This document shows, piece after piece, positions 37,185 to 46,246 of a stretch of DNA of 64,000 nucleotides (the stretch's first letter is position 1; each line of letters begins with the position of its first letter). Source of the stretch: an uncultured Candidatus Saccharibacteria bacterium (GTDB taxonomy: Bacteria > Patescibacteriota > Saccharimonadia > Saccharimonadales > 2-12-FULL-41-12). The notes under the pieces were generated by a model that was not told the DNA's origin, ran no database searches, and was given only the letters and a program-made list of their open reading frames with translations. The stretch lies in contig CAZNIK010000002.1 of the NCBI GenBank assembly GCA_964573095.1, forward strand, positions 7,230 to 71,229. Direction: 5' to 3'. The position numbers were made by a program, and so were the translations under genes.

Positions 37185-40100
37185 TCAAGGATTCACTACT
37201 CTCGGATCATTTATATCTAGGGCTATCCAGGAGAATTCAATCTGTTCTGTCGCGGGCTCTTTGAGCACGATAGTAAAGCCGGTGGTGGAAAGGTCTCGAT
37301 ATGCATACTGGACAAACTTCCCGTTGCCGACATTCACTGACACAACTGGGTTATTATCGTAATCACGACTGAACGGCACGCGCACTTGAGTTTCACCGGA
37401 TTTGATCGTAGCGAAGCCACCCGTGTCGTTGTTTAACTTAACTCGGCCCTCAAAGCTCACGTCGTTTCTAAATACTGTCTTTTCTACAAAGGTGACGAGT
37501 TTATGGAAGATGGAATCTCCACTAAACTCGGATGGACCACCGATACGGAGCGCACCAGTCACACTTAGGTCAAGAGAAACAGTAGTCGCCCCTAGTGTCA
37601 CTGGGGCTCCTGAACTAGACGGTACGGCGGGTGGCTCAGTGTCACCAGGTGGTGGCTCTGTCGACTGACTCGCAACTTGATTACTCAATGATGATATTTG
37701 ATCTGTTAGCACCTCAAAGCCTTCAATCTGATTCGCCTTAATCTTGTCTGCTGTTATCTGCCCACTAAATGTCGCGTTACCACTAGAGTCAAAAGTTATA
37801 AGTGGTGTTCCATCGGGACTGGTGAAGGCAACGATTTCATCATCACCAATCGAAATATCTATGCCCTGTCCATCAACACTCTTGATATTGCTTAATGCCA
37901 AGCTGTCTGTGGTAACTTTTGGAGTAATGATCTCTAGCCCTGCTACTACACGATCTGTAAATATCTCTGACAAACCTGCCGAGTAGTTTTGGGCTGGAAT
38001 ATCTCGCACTAGACTCGTCAGAATGGCCTGGGAGTCCGCATTTGCCTCACCCTCGAGGCTAAACGGAGTACCCAAACCTTGAGAATTACTGAGATAGACC
38101 ATCACGCTGCCGTTGTCGATCGAGAAGTAATCATGCATGGCATATCCGATAATCTTGCCTGCTTTTGTTGCTTTCATGGCAACTCCCGGTATAGTCGATG
38201 CCGTCAGTGGATCTCCCGCACGAATAATCTCTGTGCCACCTAGCGTGGTGACTTCGGTAGGCACTCTACCTACAAGCGCTACTTCGACCACCTGCCCCTC
38301 AACATAGTTACCCAGAGTGATCTTAGGTGTTGTTGCAATAACACCAATAAGCTTGGGGTCGTAAGGAGAACTTGCTTTCTCTACTCTGCCTGGCTCAACA
38401 TCCGACATCCGCACGAGCGTACCAGGCGGTAAAAGCAAAGGATCACCGAGGTAGTACTCGGCGACATCGGAGTTGTCGACTATATCAAAAAGCTGTATCG
38501 GCGGGTCATTACCTCTGCTTAGTGCCCCTGACTCGCCCGGTGGGTCATCATGCCAAAGGCGTATACTATCCAAATACATGTCGATCGTTGTAGCTGTGGC
38601 ACCAACGGGGTTACTATTCGACACCGTCCAACCCATAGCCACCGTAGGAATATTGTTAGCGATCGGGCCGCCGCATACCTGCACTCCATCGATAAAGAAT
38701 CTGGCCTGATCGTTCGCAATATTTTCGACTTCGATCCTTAGTCGTTGTAAAACTGTTGTGCTAACTGTTACGCCAGAGTTAATCGCCGTACCTGTTTCAA
38801 CTCCTGCCGAGCGGTTGACGCAGTACCATGTTGTATCAGTTGTATTCTTTCGGAAATATATACCATTGGTTGGCACGGCCGCGGAGTCTGCACCTAGTGC
38901 ATCGTTGGTAAAACCGACCTTGTAGGCAGAGGTGTTCGCGGTAGTGCTGACACGTTGACTGACTTCCATGACTGGGTTTTCGTTTTTCCTAATACCGACA
39001 ATACCGCCTGACGAGGTATTACACCCATCGCCCGCGGTTGGCGTCGTACCGGCTCGAGCTCGAACCGTAGAGTGGTTATTGTCAGCCAGAGTTATCCAGT
39101 TACACTCCGTATCCTCATCAAACACCATACTATTACTGTTTGCGTCTGCTGCGATGTTGATAGAACCACCCACAAAATCTTCAACAAGGGTGTCCCAAGA
39201 TGAGTTAATGCGCCCATTGACGTAGAACTGATCCCTCGTCTGACCTCCTCCTACGGCAACTCGGGCAAAATCAAGAAAACCATCTGAGCTCCTGCCTACA
39301 GTTAAAAGATTTGTCGCTGATGGCCCCAGGACTTCAAGCGCATTACCAGTTGTGAGGCCAGTCGCGTTGACCTGAACTCCAGTTCCGGTTGTAACTGAAT
39401 TTGTATTTATCACCAATGCATCGTCTGTATCCCCAGAGTTAAATGTCAGATTTGTCCCAGTGCTAGCATTACCAATCGTGATCACATCTGCCCCTGTAGC
39501 ACCAGTACCGATGTTTATCGTGTCTACCCCTGTGCCTATACCAAAGTTAAGCGTAGAGTTTGCAGTGGATTTACCAAGAGAAATGGTTCCATCATCGGCA
39601 AAGTTAGCAAACGACACTCCACCGTCTTGAATATCAAAATCCCCACTGTTGGCGAGGTTGAATAGTATGTCTCCGCCGTCTGCCGAGTTGGAGGTGATCT
39701 GTAATGGAGACGCCGTAGACCCCGTCAGCGTAGATATAGCTACGAGTGCTTGATCGTTAGCACCGCCTCCGGCAGAAGCCACGTTTTCACCAAAGGTTAA
39801 CCCCGATTCGGCACCAGAAAGTTGCCAGTTCCAGACAATATTATTCGCACCATTATTGATTGAGCTGTTCCCTGTGGCTGCAACAATCTGATCGAGACGT
39901 GCATTACAGCCGTCGGAGTTATTACAGAGCGTTTTTATCGATCCGTTTTCGATAATTTTTACGTCGTTGGTTGTTGAGTTGTAGAACAACCCACCGTTGA
40001 GAGCAGTCAGGTTGGACGAGGGGTCGGCTGTGGTCGAGTCAAGCTGAAAGATAGTCGTAGCCGTATCGGTGCCTGTAGAATTACCGACTTTAACGATATT

Positions 40101-40871
40101 TCCCCCACCCGCACCCCTAGCAGTGGTATCAACCGTAAGCTGAACCTCACTAGCAGCAGCATTTCTAACCGTGAGGGCTGATGTGCTGTCTGTTTGGGGA
40201 TTTACGATCAGTCTACCGCTGTTATCAAGTACCAATACGTCAGTTCCACCTCGCTGAAATTGTAGGATATTGGCAGTTCCGGCAGTCTTGTTAAGAAAAA
40301 TCGAAGAGTTAGCAGATGAAGCATCAGCTTGCACACCTTGGGCGAGCTGGACAAAGTTACCGCTCGTCAAGCCGTTTAATGCTTTTGAGTTTAGTGCATA
40401 TGGTGTTGAGCTAAATCTCGTAAAGGGGCTCATCTCGCCGTCCCAGGTTGGCACACCACCGGTTCCCCCGACATTCACAGACAGCCATAACGTATCCTGA
40501 TTCCAATCGACACTACTGCCGAAGGCAGTGACAGAACCCATATATATACTAAAATAACCATTCTTTACTAGTACTTTATTACCACCTGTCCTTGTCTCTG
40601 TCCATTTTAGGGTTTCGTCCCCTCCACCCAGCACGCCGTTGCCGTCTTGATAAATCTTGAACTCAACATTGTAGTTACCATCTGGCACCACTGCACCGGT
40701 GTTTGTAAGGAGTCGGCCTTGGTAGTTGATCTGTTCGTTAATACCTACAGCCGCTTTGGCTTTAGAGAAGTGGAAAGCGCCCATCACCCCTGTTAATACT
40801 ACAATACTACATGCAAGCATAAGGGCTCTTACTCGAAATCTCGAACCTTTGACTACTGTTATTGGTTGCAT
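37185..40871 (-). CDS. giant secreted surface protein (beta-helix-like T/S/G/N-rich head, ConA-like block, shared C-terminal module)
   Basis: 1228 aa. Signal peptide ...FHFSKAKA|AVG. LRIEVENIANDQARFFIDG, ANQIEGFE, and C-terminus LVTFVEKTVF...KFVQYAY...QIEFSWIAL paralogous to the Kelch protein. Confidence 0.8.
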   Translation of the reverse strand: MQPITVVKGSRFRVRALMLACSIVVLTGVMGAFHFSKAKAAVGINEQINYQGRLLTNTGAVVPDGNYNVEFKIYQDGNGVLGGGDETLKWTETRTGGNKVLVKNGYFSIYMGSVTAFGSSVDWNQDTLWLSVNVGGTGGVPTWDGEMSPFTRFSSTPYALNSKALNGLTSGNFVQLAQGVQADASSANSSIFLNKTAGTANILQFQRGGTDVLVLDNSGRLIVNPQTDSTSALTVRNAAASEVQLTVDTTARGAGGGNIVKVGNSTGTDTATTIFQLDSTTADPSSNLTALNGGLFYNSTTNDVKIIENGSIKTLCNNSDGCNARLDQIVAATGNSSINNGANNIVWNWQLSGAESGLTFGENVASAGGGANDQALVAISTLTGSTASPLQITSNSADGGDILFNLANSGDFDIQDGGVSFANFADDGTISLGKSTANSTLNFGIGTGVDTINIGTGATGADVITIGNASTGTNLTFNSGDTDDALVINTNSVTTGTGVQVNATGLTTGNALEVLGPSATNLLTVGRSSDGFLDFARVAVGGGQTRDQFYVNGRINSSWDTLVEDFVGGSINIAADANSNSMVFDEDTECNWITLADNNHSTVRARAGTTPTAGDGCNTSSGGIVGIRKNENPVMEVSQRVSTTANTSAYKVGFTNDALGADSAAVPTNGIYFRKNTTDTTWYCVNRSAGVETGTAINSGVTVSTTVLQRLRIEVENIANDQARFFIDGVQVCGGPIANNIPTVAMGWTVSNSNPVGATATTIDMYLDSIRLWHDDPPGESGALSRGNDPPIQLFDIVDNSDVAEYYLGDPLLLPPGTLVRMSDVEPGRVEKASSPYDPKLIGVIATTPKITLGNYVEGQVVEVALVGRVPTEVTTLGGTEIIRAGDPLTASTIPGVAMKATKAGKIIGYAMHDYFSIDNGSVMVYLSNSQGLGTPFSLEGEANADSQAILTSLVRDIPAQNYSAGLSEIFTDRVVAGLEIITPKVTTDSLALSNIKSVDGQGIDISIGDDEIVAFTSPDGTPLITFDSSGNATFSGQITADKIKANQIEGFEVLTDQISSLSNQVASQSTEPPPGDTEPPAVPSSSGAPVTLGATTVSLDLSVTGALRIGGPSEFSGDSIFHKLVTFVEKTVFRNDVSFEGRVKLNNDTGGFATIKSGETQVRVPFSRDYDNNPVVSVNVGNGKFVQYAYRDLSTTGFTIVLKEPATEQIEFSWIALDINDPRVVNP

Positions 40872-40981
40872 GTTATGGTAGATTTTTGTTTATTTTAATG
40901 GTTTTTCGTAACTCTTATAATTATACCATTAAAACCAAAAGCAAGATGACTTTTTCATCTGTTATCCACAGTAGTCGTAGG

Positions 40982-42136
40982 CTAGTGTTTGTGGCGAAGA
41001 TTCGATGCAGCGCGGGCGGCCACAATTCGCTCTCCAAACCAAAAACTGGTCGTCATCAGAACCGCCACGCCAAACGCCGGCCAGACCGAGTCTAAAATTT
41101 GCGCAACCCTACTATTTACATAACACTCTGAGCTAAAATAATCGGCACTACCCGGTACGCATTTTGGGGAAATAGCGCCGGCCACCCCTGTATAATCCCG
41201 TGTTACGCTGACAATTGTTTGGACAGTTGTTTTATTATTCAGTCCGTCGCTGACGGTAATTGACACCACGTGTTGACCAGATTTTGCAAACTTGTGCGAC
41301 GCCGTTTGCTCACCGCCATTTGATAACGAAAAGAGATCATTTAACGAACCGTCATCCCAGCTTATGGAAACCGCATAAGGAGTAACTCCCCCAATAATGG
41401 TGTATTTGAGAACTCCGACTTTGTTAATTGGATAGGCTTTTCGAGCAAGTGCAGTCGTGACAATAAGTGGCTCGTAGTTCGGTGGGTTGTTTTGGTTTTG
41501 GGCGGCTGGATCATTTGGGTTCGTTAGTTGAGCGGTAGTTCCACTAACTCTAAGCTTTTTTGGAATGTCATAAAATATTGTCAGCACACTTGAGTCTGGA
41601 GCATACTGCGCATCAGCGTCACTCATTTTTGCGATAAAATTATTTTGCCCAGGGCGAAGGCTGACAGTGAGTTGAAATTCTCCGCTATTTCCGCATAGCG
41701 AGGCACCCGCAAAAGTTGAATAACGAAATAGTTCAACATACAGCCCGGGCTGACATGTACCTCTGATAGTTATCGTGTTCGTGTTGACTCGACTGTTGTT
41801 TGAAGGCTCGATGAATGTAGCTGGAAATTGCGGAATTGGACCTTTCATTCTGCCGGTGAGGTTTACGCCACTGGATACTGTTTGGTCGGCTTGGGCGGCA
41901 TTGCTCGCAAAGAAAAGAGTGGCACCGGTGAGCACAAGAATGAAATATAGGACCGTGTAGGACGTAAATGATATGCCAATTCGACGGCCGGTATGCTTGT
42001 GATGCGCAACCCGAACACCATACTTTTTGGTAGACTCAACGTGCTTACCCGAGCGAGACTTGGTCTTCGATATTGTGCGACTAGTCTTCTTTTTTAGTGT
42101 GCCCATTGCCTTGCTTCTTTTTTGATCGTTTGACAA
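40982..42136 (-). CDS. bitopic membrane protein with Ig/PKD-like ectodomains
   Basis: 384 aa. Basic N-tail, TM helix, Ig-like segment (ITIRGTCQPG...), PKD-like SISWDDGS...HKFAKSGQHVVSITVSDG, and a C-terminal TM helix. The start overlaps the upstream gene. Confidence 0.65.
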   Translation of the reverse strand: MSNDQKRSKAMGTLKKKTSRTISKTKSRSGKHVESTKKYGVRVAHHKHTGRRIGISFTSYTVLYFILVLTGATLFFASNAAQADQTVSSGVNLTGRMKGPIPQFPATFIEPSNNSRVNTNTITIRGTCQPGLYVELFRYSTFAGASLCGNSGEFQLTVSLRPGQNNFIAKMSDADAQYAPDSSVLTIFYDIPKKLRVSGTTAQLTNPNDPAAQNQNNPPNYEPLIVTTALARKAYPINKVGVLKYTIIGGVTPYAVSISWDDGSLNDLFSLSNGGEQTASHKFAKSGQHVVSITVSDGLNNKTTVQTIVSVTRDYTGVAGAISPKCVPGSADYFSSECYVNSRVAQILDSVWPAFGVAVLMTTSFWFGERIVAARAASNLRHKH

Positions 42137-43058
42137 TGAATTTGTTGTAGCGAGTTACCAAGAAAATCAATAGTGCCAGCAGCGCAAGTGAGATTGCGAC
42201 AAGTTTATACGGTATGACCCAAAAACTGGCAGTTTGACTTATAATTTTGTTTTCTTCGCCGTAGGTGACGTCCGCTTGAATCTTATATTTACCAAATAAG
42301 AGCTTTTTGTTTAGTTGCTGACTAAATTTACGAGTACTCTTTGGAAGCACGTTTCCGCCACTTGAATTTAGTTGGCTGTCTTGCACAGTTTTGCCAAACA
42401 TGTTCGAAACCCGAATTGTACCCTTTGGCTTAATGTGCACATTGCCGGTGTTCTCTATTTTGGTCACGATACCGATTGGTCCGTATTCGAACAATGTTCG
42501 TTTCTTGCCATCACGCGAACTGAACAATTCTGTTATCTTTGCGGACTCTTGGACATCACCAGAAACACGAACCAACATAAGCGTACCGATACTGGCCGAA
42601 AGCGAGACTCCGCTGCCTTGGGCATCGGCTGGTGTTCCCGTGTAGCGGACAACTCCGTAATGGCCGCCGGGGCTTGCGTCTTTGGGAACCGTAATTGTCA
42701 CGTCAAACGTTTGCTGTTGCCGTGGAGCGAGCGTTGCGGTCGGAATTGTACTTAACCAATCTTTTATAGAATATGGGCTTTGCTCTTCATCTTTCAAGAG
42801 TATCTTTGGACTCCCATCTTCGCCACTCGCCACAAAGTCGTTGTACTCTGCCTCTACGACCAGTGTTTCCTTGGTCACATTTCGTACCTTGAGCTGCGTT
42901 TTGATAACTTGCCCTGGGTCGGCCTTTATATCTACAAGTGGTGGAGAAATCTCAAGACCTTGACCAGCCCCCTGTTGGGCAGACGTTGAAGTTGTAAGTG
43001 CACTGAGTGGGAGAAGTCCAAAAAGCAAGATAGCAAGTACCGACAAGTAGTATTTCAA
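42081..43058 (-). CDS. signal-peptide protein with two Ig-like beta-sandwich halves and C-terminal TM anchor (DUF916/DUF3324-like, CscA-like architecture)
   Basis: 325 aa, TTG start. LKVRNVTKETLVVEA...TITVPKDASPGGHYGVVRY, then IENTGNVHIKPKGTIRV...GKYKIQADVTYG, then a TM helix plus KRSKKKQ tail. Confidence 0.65.
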   Translation of the reverse strand: MKYYLSVLAILLFGLLPLSALTTSTSAQQGAGQGLEISPPLVDIKADPGQVIKTQLKVRNVTKETLVVEAEYNDFVASGEDGSPKILLKDEEQSPYSIKDWLSTIPTATLAPRQQQTFDVTITVPKDASPGGHYGVVRYTGTPADAQGSGVSLSASIGTLMLVRVSGDVQESAKITELFSSRDGKKRTLFEYGPIGIVTKIENTGNVHIKPKGTIRVSNMFGKTVQDSQLNSSGGNVLPKSTRKFSQQLNKKLLFGKYKIQADVTYGEENKIISQTASFWVIPYKLVAISLALLALLIFLVTRYNKFIVKRSKKKQGNGHTKKED

Positions 43059-43105
43059 AAGATTACCCCTTTTAGTATTAATTACCTCTGATCAAGAATA
43101 TTATA

Positions 43106-43146
43106 GCAAACAAAAGCGGTTTCTGTTTTTGAAGATCAGAAACCGC
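43106..43146 (-). terminator. strong intrinsic terminator after the two subunit genes, followed by TATAAT
   Basis: Minus strand has GCGGTTTCTG-11 nt-CAGAAACCGC then TTTTGTTTGC TATAAT. Confidence 0.6.
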
Positions 43147-43174
43147 AGTTGAAGTGCTCGTTTTTTTTCAGAGA

Positions 43175-44275
43175 CTAGAAGGTTGCTGTCGCGATGTAGG
43201 TCATCGTTGCAGTGTATGTACCAGCTGGTTGACTACCAGGTACGTTCACGATGTAGCTCGTCGTGAATGTGTTGGCATCGGTAGCTGATGCTGCTGATGC
43301 AACACCGTCAGCTGTCACAAATCGATACTGGTTAGCTGTTCCGTAGTTTGCAGTGTAGCTACCACTACCCGAGCCCGATGGATCGGCACCAAAAGTACTT
43401 GGAGAAGTGTTGGAACGAAGGTTTGCCCCAAATTGTGCGGAGCCTGGGGATGACGCAGTTTGCGAACCAAGCGCGGCAATGGTTGGAGAACCAGAACACG
43501 TCGCACAGGTGAGCGTTGAGCCATTAATCGTAATTGAGTAACCGGAGACACCGTTGGTTGATGCCGCCATTACGGAGGTGCCGGTGCTGGCTGCAGTGCT
43601 AGAGAAGGTTCCAAAGTTTACTGTACTACCGGCAACTGTGCCACAGTTTTGGCCTGTGATCGAAGTGCCTGTACAAAAAACCAGTGACTCGTCTATAGTA
43701 CCCGAAAGCTGGATCTGGGTTGCAGTTGATGCAGCGACAACACCCGTATCAACAGGGGTGGTCCACGACGCATCTGAGTAGGTTGTAACTCGAGCAAAGA
43801 AGGTTTGGTTTGTAGTAGTTGGGTTCTGTACGTTCCCGAACACTACTGTTTGCGATCCAGTTGGAGCCGCAGCGTTTCCAGCTTTGCTTAGTCGAAGCGA
43901 ACCCGCAGTTGCAGTGCTGACTGTCCACCCGGTAGCGTCACCAAGGTTAACTGGCTGACTGGCTAGGGTTGATGAGCTGTTTGAAAACCCTGTAGGTGTC
44001 GTACAGGCGCCCGAGGCGGTTGTACACACTGTTGCAGACAAGGACTGCAGTGTGGTGCCCGATGGCACCGTAAAGTTAAATGTATATGAGGTAGTTGCGT
44101 TCGAACCGGCCGGGTTCGAAGAACTAAGTGTGAGCTTACGTGCGGTGATCTGTGCGGCATTGGCAGTTTGTGGAACCACCAACGCTTGCATTGTCGCCAA
44201 CAGTAAAGCCGCGGCTGCTGCCAAATAGACAGCGCGCGCTGAAACGCTTGACATGGTATTTGCTACTTTGTGCAT
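43175..44275 (-). CDS. secreted beta-rich surface subunit (two-domain), paralog of the 247-aa protein
   Basis: 366 aa. Signal peptide ...PQTANA|AQI. T/S/A/G-rich. The C-terminal half aligns with the 247-aa protein (VNFGTFSS, AQFGANL..NTSP, ANYGTANQYRF, SYIVNV, PAGTYTATMTYIATATF). Confidence 0.7.
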   Translation of the reverse strand: MHKVANTMSSVSARAVYLAAAAALLLATMQALVVPQTANAAQITARKLTLSSSNPAGSNATTSYTFNFTVPSGTTLQSLSATVCTTASGACTTPTGFSNSSSTLASQPVNLGDATGWTVSTATAGSLRLSKAGNAAAPTGSQTVVFGNVQNPTTTNQTFFARVTTYSDASWTTPVDTGVVAASTATQIQLSGTIDESLVFCTGTSITGQNCGTVAGSTVNFGTFSSTAASTGTSVMAASTNGVSGYSITINGSTLTCATCSGSPTIAALGSQTASSPGSAQFGANLRSNTSPSTFGADPSGSGSGSYTANYGTANQYRFVTADGVASAASATDANTFTTSYIVNVPGSQPAGTYTATMTYIATATF

Positions 44276-44401
44276 TTTTGTTTACCTTTTTTAGTTGTTT
44301 ATATTAATCGTCTCTTGTAATGAAAGAGTTGAGTAAAAGATAGCATGAGCGTTGTAAAAATGCAACATCAAAACTTTCAGCTTTTCCACAGCTTCGAATA
44401 A

Positions 44402-45145
44402 TTAGTACGTACCAGTGCAAACGACCGCTTGACTACCGGTGTACGTACCGCCCGGCGTCGTTGTAGAAACGTTCGCAATATATGAGATGGTGTAGTCTGT
44501 TTGACCAGATGATTTGGGGGCGCTGGCAATTGTTTCTCCCGAATTGTATCTATAGCTATTGCTGGTATTGTAGTTCGCATCAACCGTGCCGAATGAAAAT
44601 GATGAATCTGGGACTTGAACCGGTCCAGACCCAAAGGCTATTGGACTGGTGTTACCAACAAGGTTAATGCCAAACTGCTCTGTGCCGACCGTCGACGCTG
44701 TGTTTGTTGCCAAGTTTGTCATGGTATGTGCGCCGCTATTTGGCGCCGCGCCCACAATAGAAACCACATAACCGTAAGCCGTGTAGTTTAAGACGCTAAA
44801 CGTAGCGGTGGCAGTGGCAGTGGTGGCGGTCGAAAAAGATCCAAAGTTGACACTGCCCGAGTTAAGCGTGCAGCTGAGGGTTGGGTCGGGAGTGGTTATA
44901 TATCCATTTTCGACTTGAAAGTTTGATGAAGCCCCATTGCCAACACCAATATTCCCCAGCGCTTGCTGTCCGCTCTGCAGCTGAAAGTTCGTGGAAGAAC
45001 TGTCAAGATTTCCGCCAGGACCAATAAAGCTTTCGTCTATTCGGTAGTTGTTCGACGCACCTTGTGCCATAACTACCCCTGGAACCAATACAAATACCGC
45101 GAGTCCGCCAAAAAACAACATCAATCGGTGCGTAATTTTCGTCAT
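44402..45145 (-). CDS. secreted beta-rich surface subunit (SCPU/WxL-like pattern, unassigned)
   Basis: 247 aa. Signal peptide ...VVMAQG. LSCTLNSGSVNFGSFS, EQFGINLVGNTSP, ANYNTSNSYRY, ISYIANV, PGGTYTGSQAVVCTGTY at the C-terminus. Confidence 0.7.
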   Translation of the reverse strand: MTKITHRLMLFFGGLAVFVLVPGVVMAQGASNNYRIDESFIGPGGNLDSSSTNFQLQSGQQALGNIGVGNGASSNFQVENGYITTPDPTLSCTLNSGSVNFGSFSTATTATATATFSVLNYTAYGYVVSIVGAAPNSGAHTMTNLATNTASTVGTEQFGINLVGNTSPIAFGSGPVQVPDSSFSFGTVDANYNTSNSYRYNSGETIASAPKSSGQTDYTISYIANVSTTTPGGTYTGSQAVVCTGTY

Positions 45146-45214
45146 GCTTATGCGTACCTATTATATATGGAGTGGGCACGTAAAAATACTGCACTATTTC
45201 GCTCCAAGGCGACG

Positions 45215-46246
45215 CTAGACTTTTATGTACGTTCGGGTTGGTTGCTTTTCTTTTAGGTCATTCACGTACTGATTTGCGTCCTTAAAGCTGAAGTATATAT
45301 GTGCAGCTCGTATCTGATTACCCTTTGTTTCGAGGTTTTTTATTATTTCAAGCCCATAGCCGGTATCAACGACCTCTGAATATTGGCCCGGTTTGAGCTT
45401 GAAAAGTGCGTCGACTGTCCGGGGTGAAATGTCTCGATTGTTTTGGTCGATCAAAAAGCCATATTCGCCGCCGGCTTCTTTGGTGGCTGGATCTTCTGAA
45501 ATTTCCTTGGCGAGAGTCGCAAAGTCCTTATTGTTTTTTAGTTGCGCCAACGCAACATTTGCTCGGTCATGCGTATCGGTGTCGAGATGTGATACTAGTT
45601 TTTGGGCAAGGAGTTGATGCTTTAAGCTTCTCTTGAAGTCACCGACCGACCATCCCCAATAGTCTTTAAGGACTGCTTCGAACTCTTTGTCGTTCCCGCC
45701 CAATCGATTTTGTTTTTTTACGATAGCTATTGCGTCATTCACTTCTTGATCACTGACGCTCACGCCGTTGTTTTTGGCCAACTTATCAATATAGGCATCG
45801 TTGACCACCTTTTCGAGGGCTCTTTTTTTGAAGTCGGCAAGCTGTTGTTTGCCAGCTTCGGAACTAAAGTCTAGTTTTTGCTGAGATTCATAATAATGAG
45901 TGTAGTGTTGGACCTCAAATAAATAGTCCTCATACGCAACAAACTCTGAACCCATTCTCGCAATCGGAAACGGTACCACTTTTGTAACCTTGTACAAAAA
46001 TGTTGACGTACTCTTTACTTGATATAGGGCTACGACGCAGTACGAAAAGAACGCCACCACCGCAACCAAGAACAAGGTAATCGATATTACCACCAGTTTG
46101 TGCTTACTGTGCTGGAGCGGATAGATATACTTGCGCGCGCCCTTTAGCACTTCTTCTCGATGAAGCTCAATATTATCGCTGGTTATTCGGGTCCCGGGCT
46201 GGTCTTCGGGTTTCTTCCGTCTAATTTTGTTGACTAGCTTTTTCAT
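45215..46246 (-). CDS. membrane-anchored parvulin-type peptidyl-prolyl isomerase (PrsA/SurA-like foldase)
   Basis: 343 aa. N-terminal TM helix, SurA-N-like helical region, C-terminal PGQYSEVVDTGYGLEIIK parvulin pattern. Confidence 0.8.
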   Translation of the reverse strand: MKKLVNKIRRKKPEDQPGTRITSDNIELHREEVLKGARKYIYPLQHSKHKLVVISITLFLVAVVAFFSYCVVALYQVKSTSTFLYKVTKVVPFPIARMGSEFVAYEDYLFEVQHYTHYYESQQKLDFSSEAGKQQLADFKKRALEKVVNDAYIDKLAKNNGVSVSDQEVNDAIAIVKKQNRLGGNDKEFEAVLKDYWGWSVGDFKRSLKHQLLAQKLVSHLDTDTHDRANVALAQLKNNKDFATLAKEISEDPATKEAGGEYGFLIDQNNRDISPRTVDALFKLKPGQYSEVVDTGYGLEIIKNLETKGNQIRAAHIYFSFKDANQYVNDLKEKQPTRTYIKV

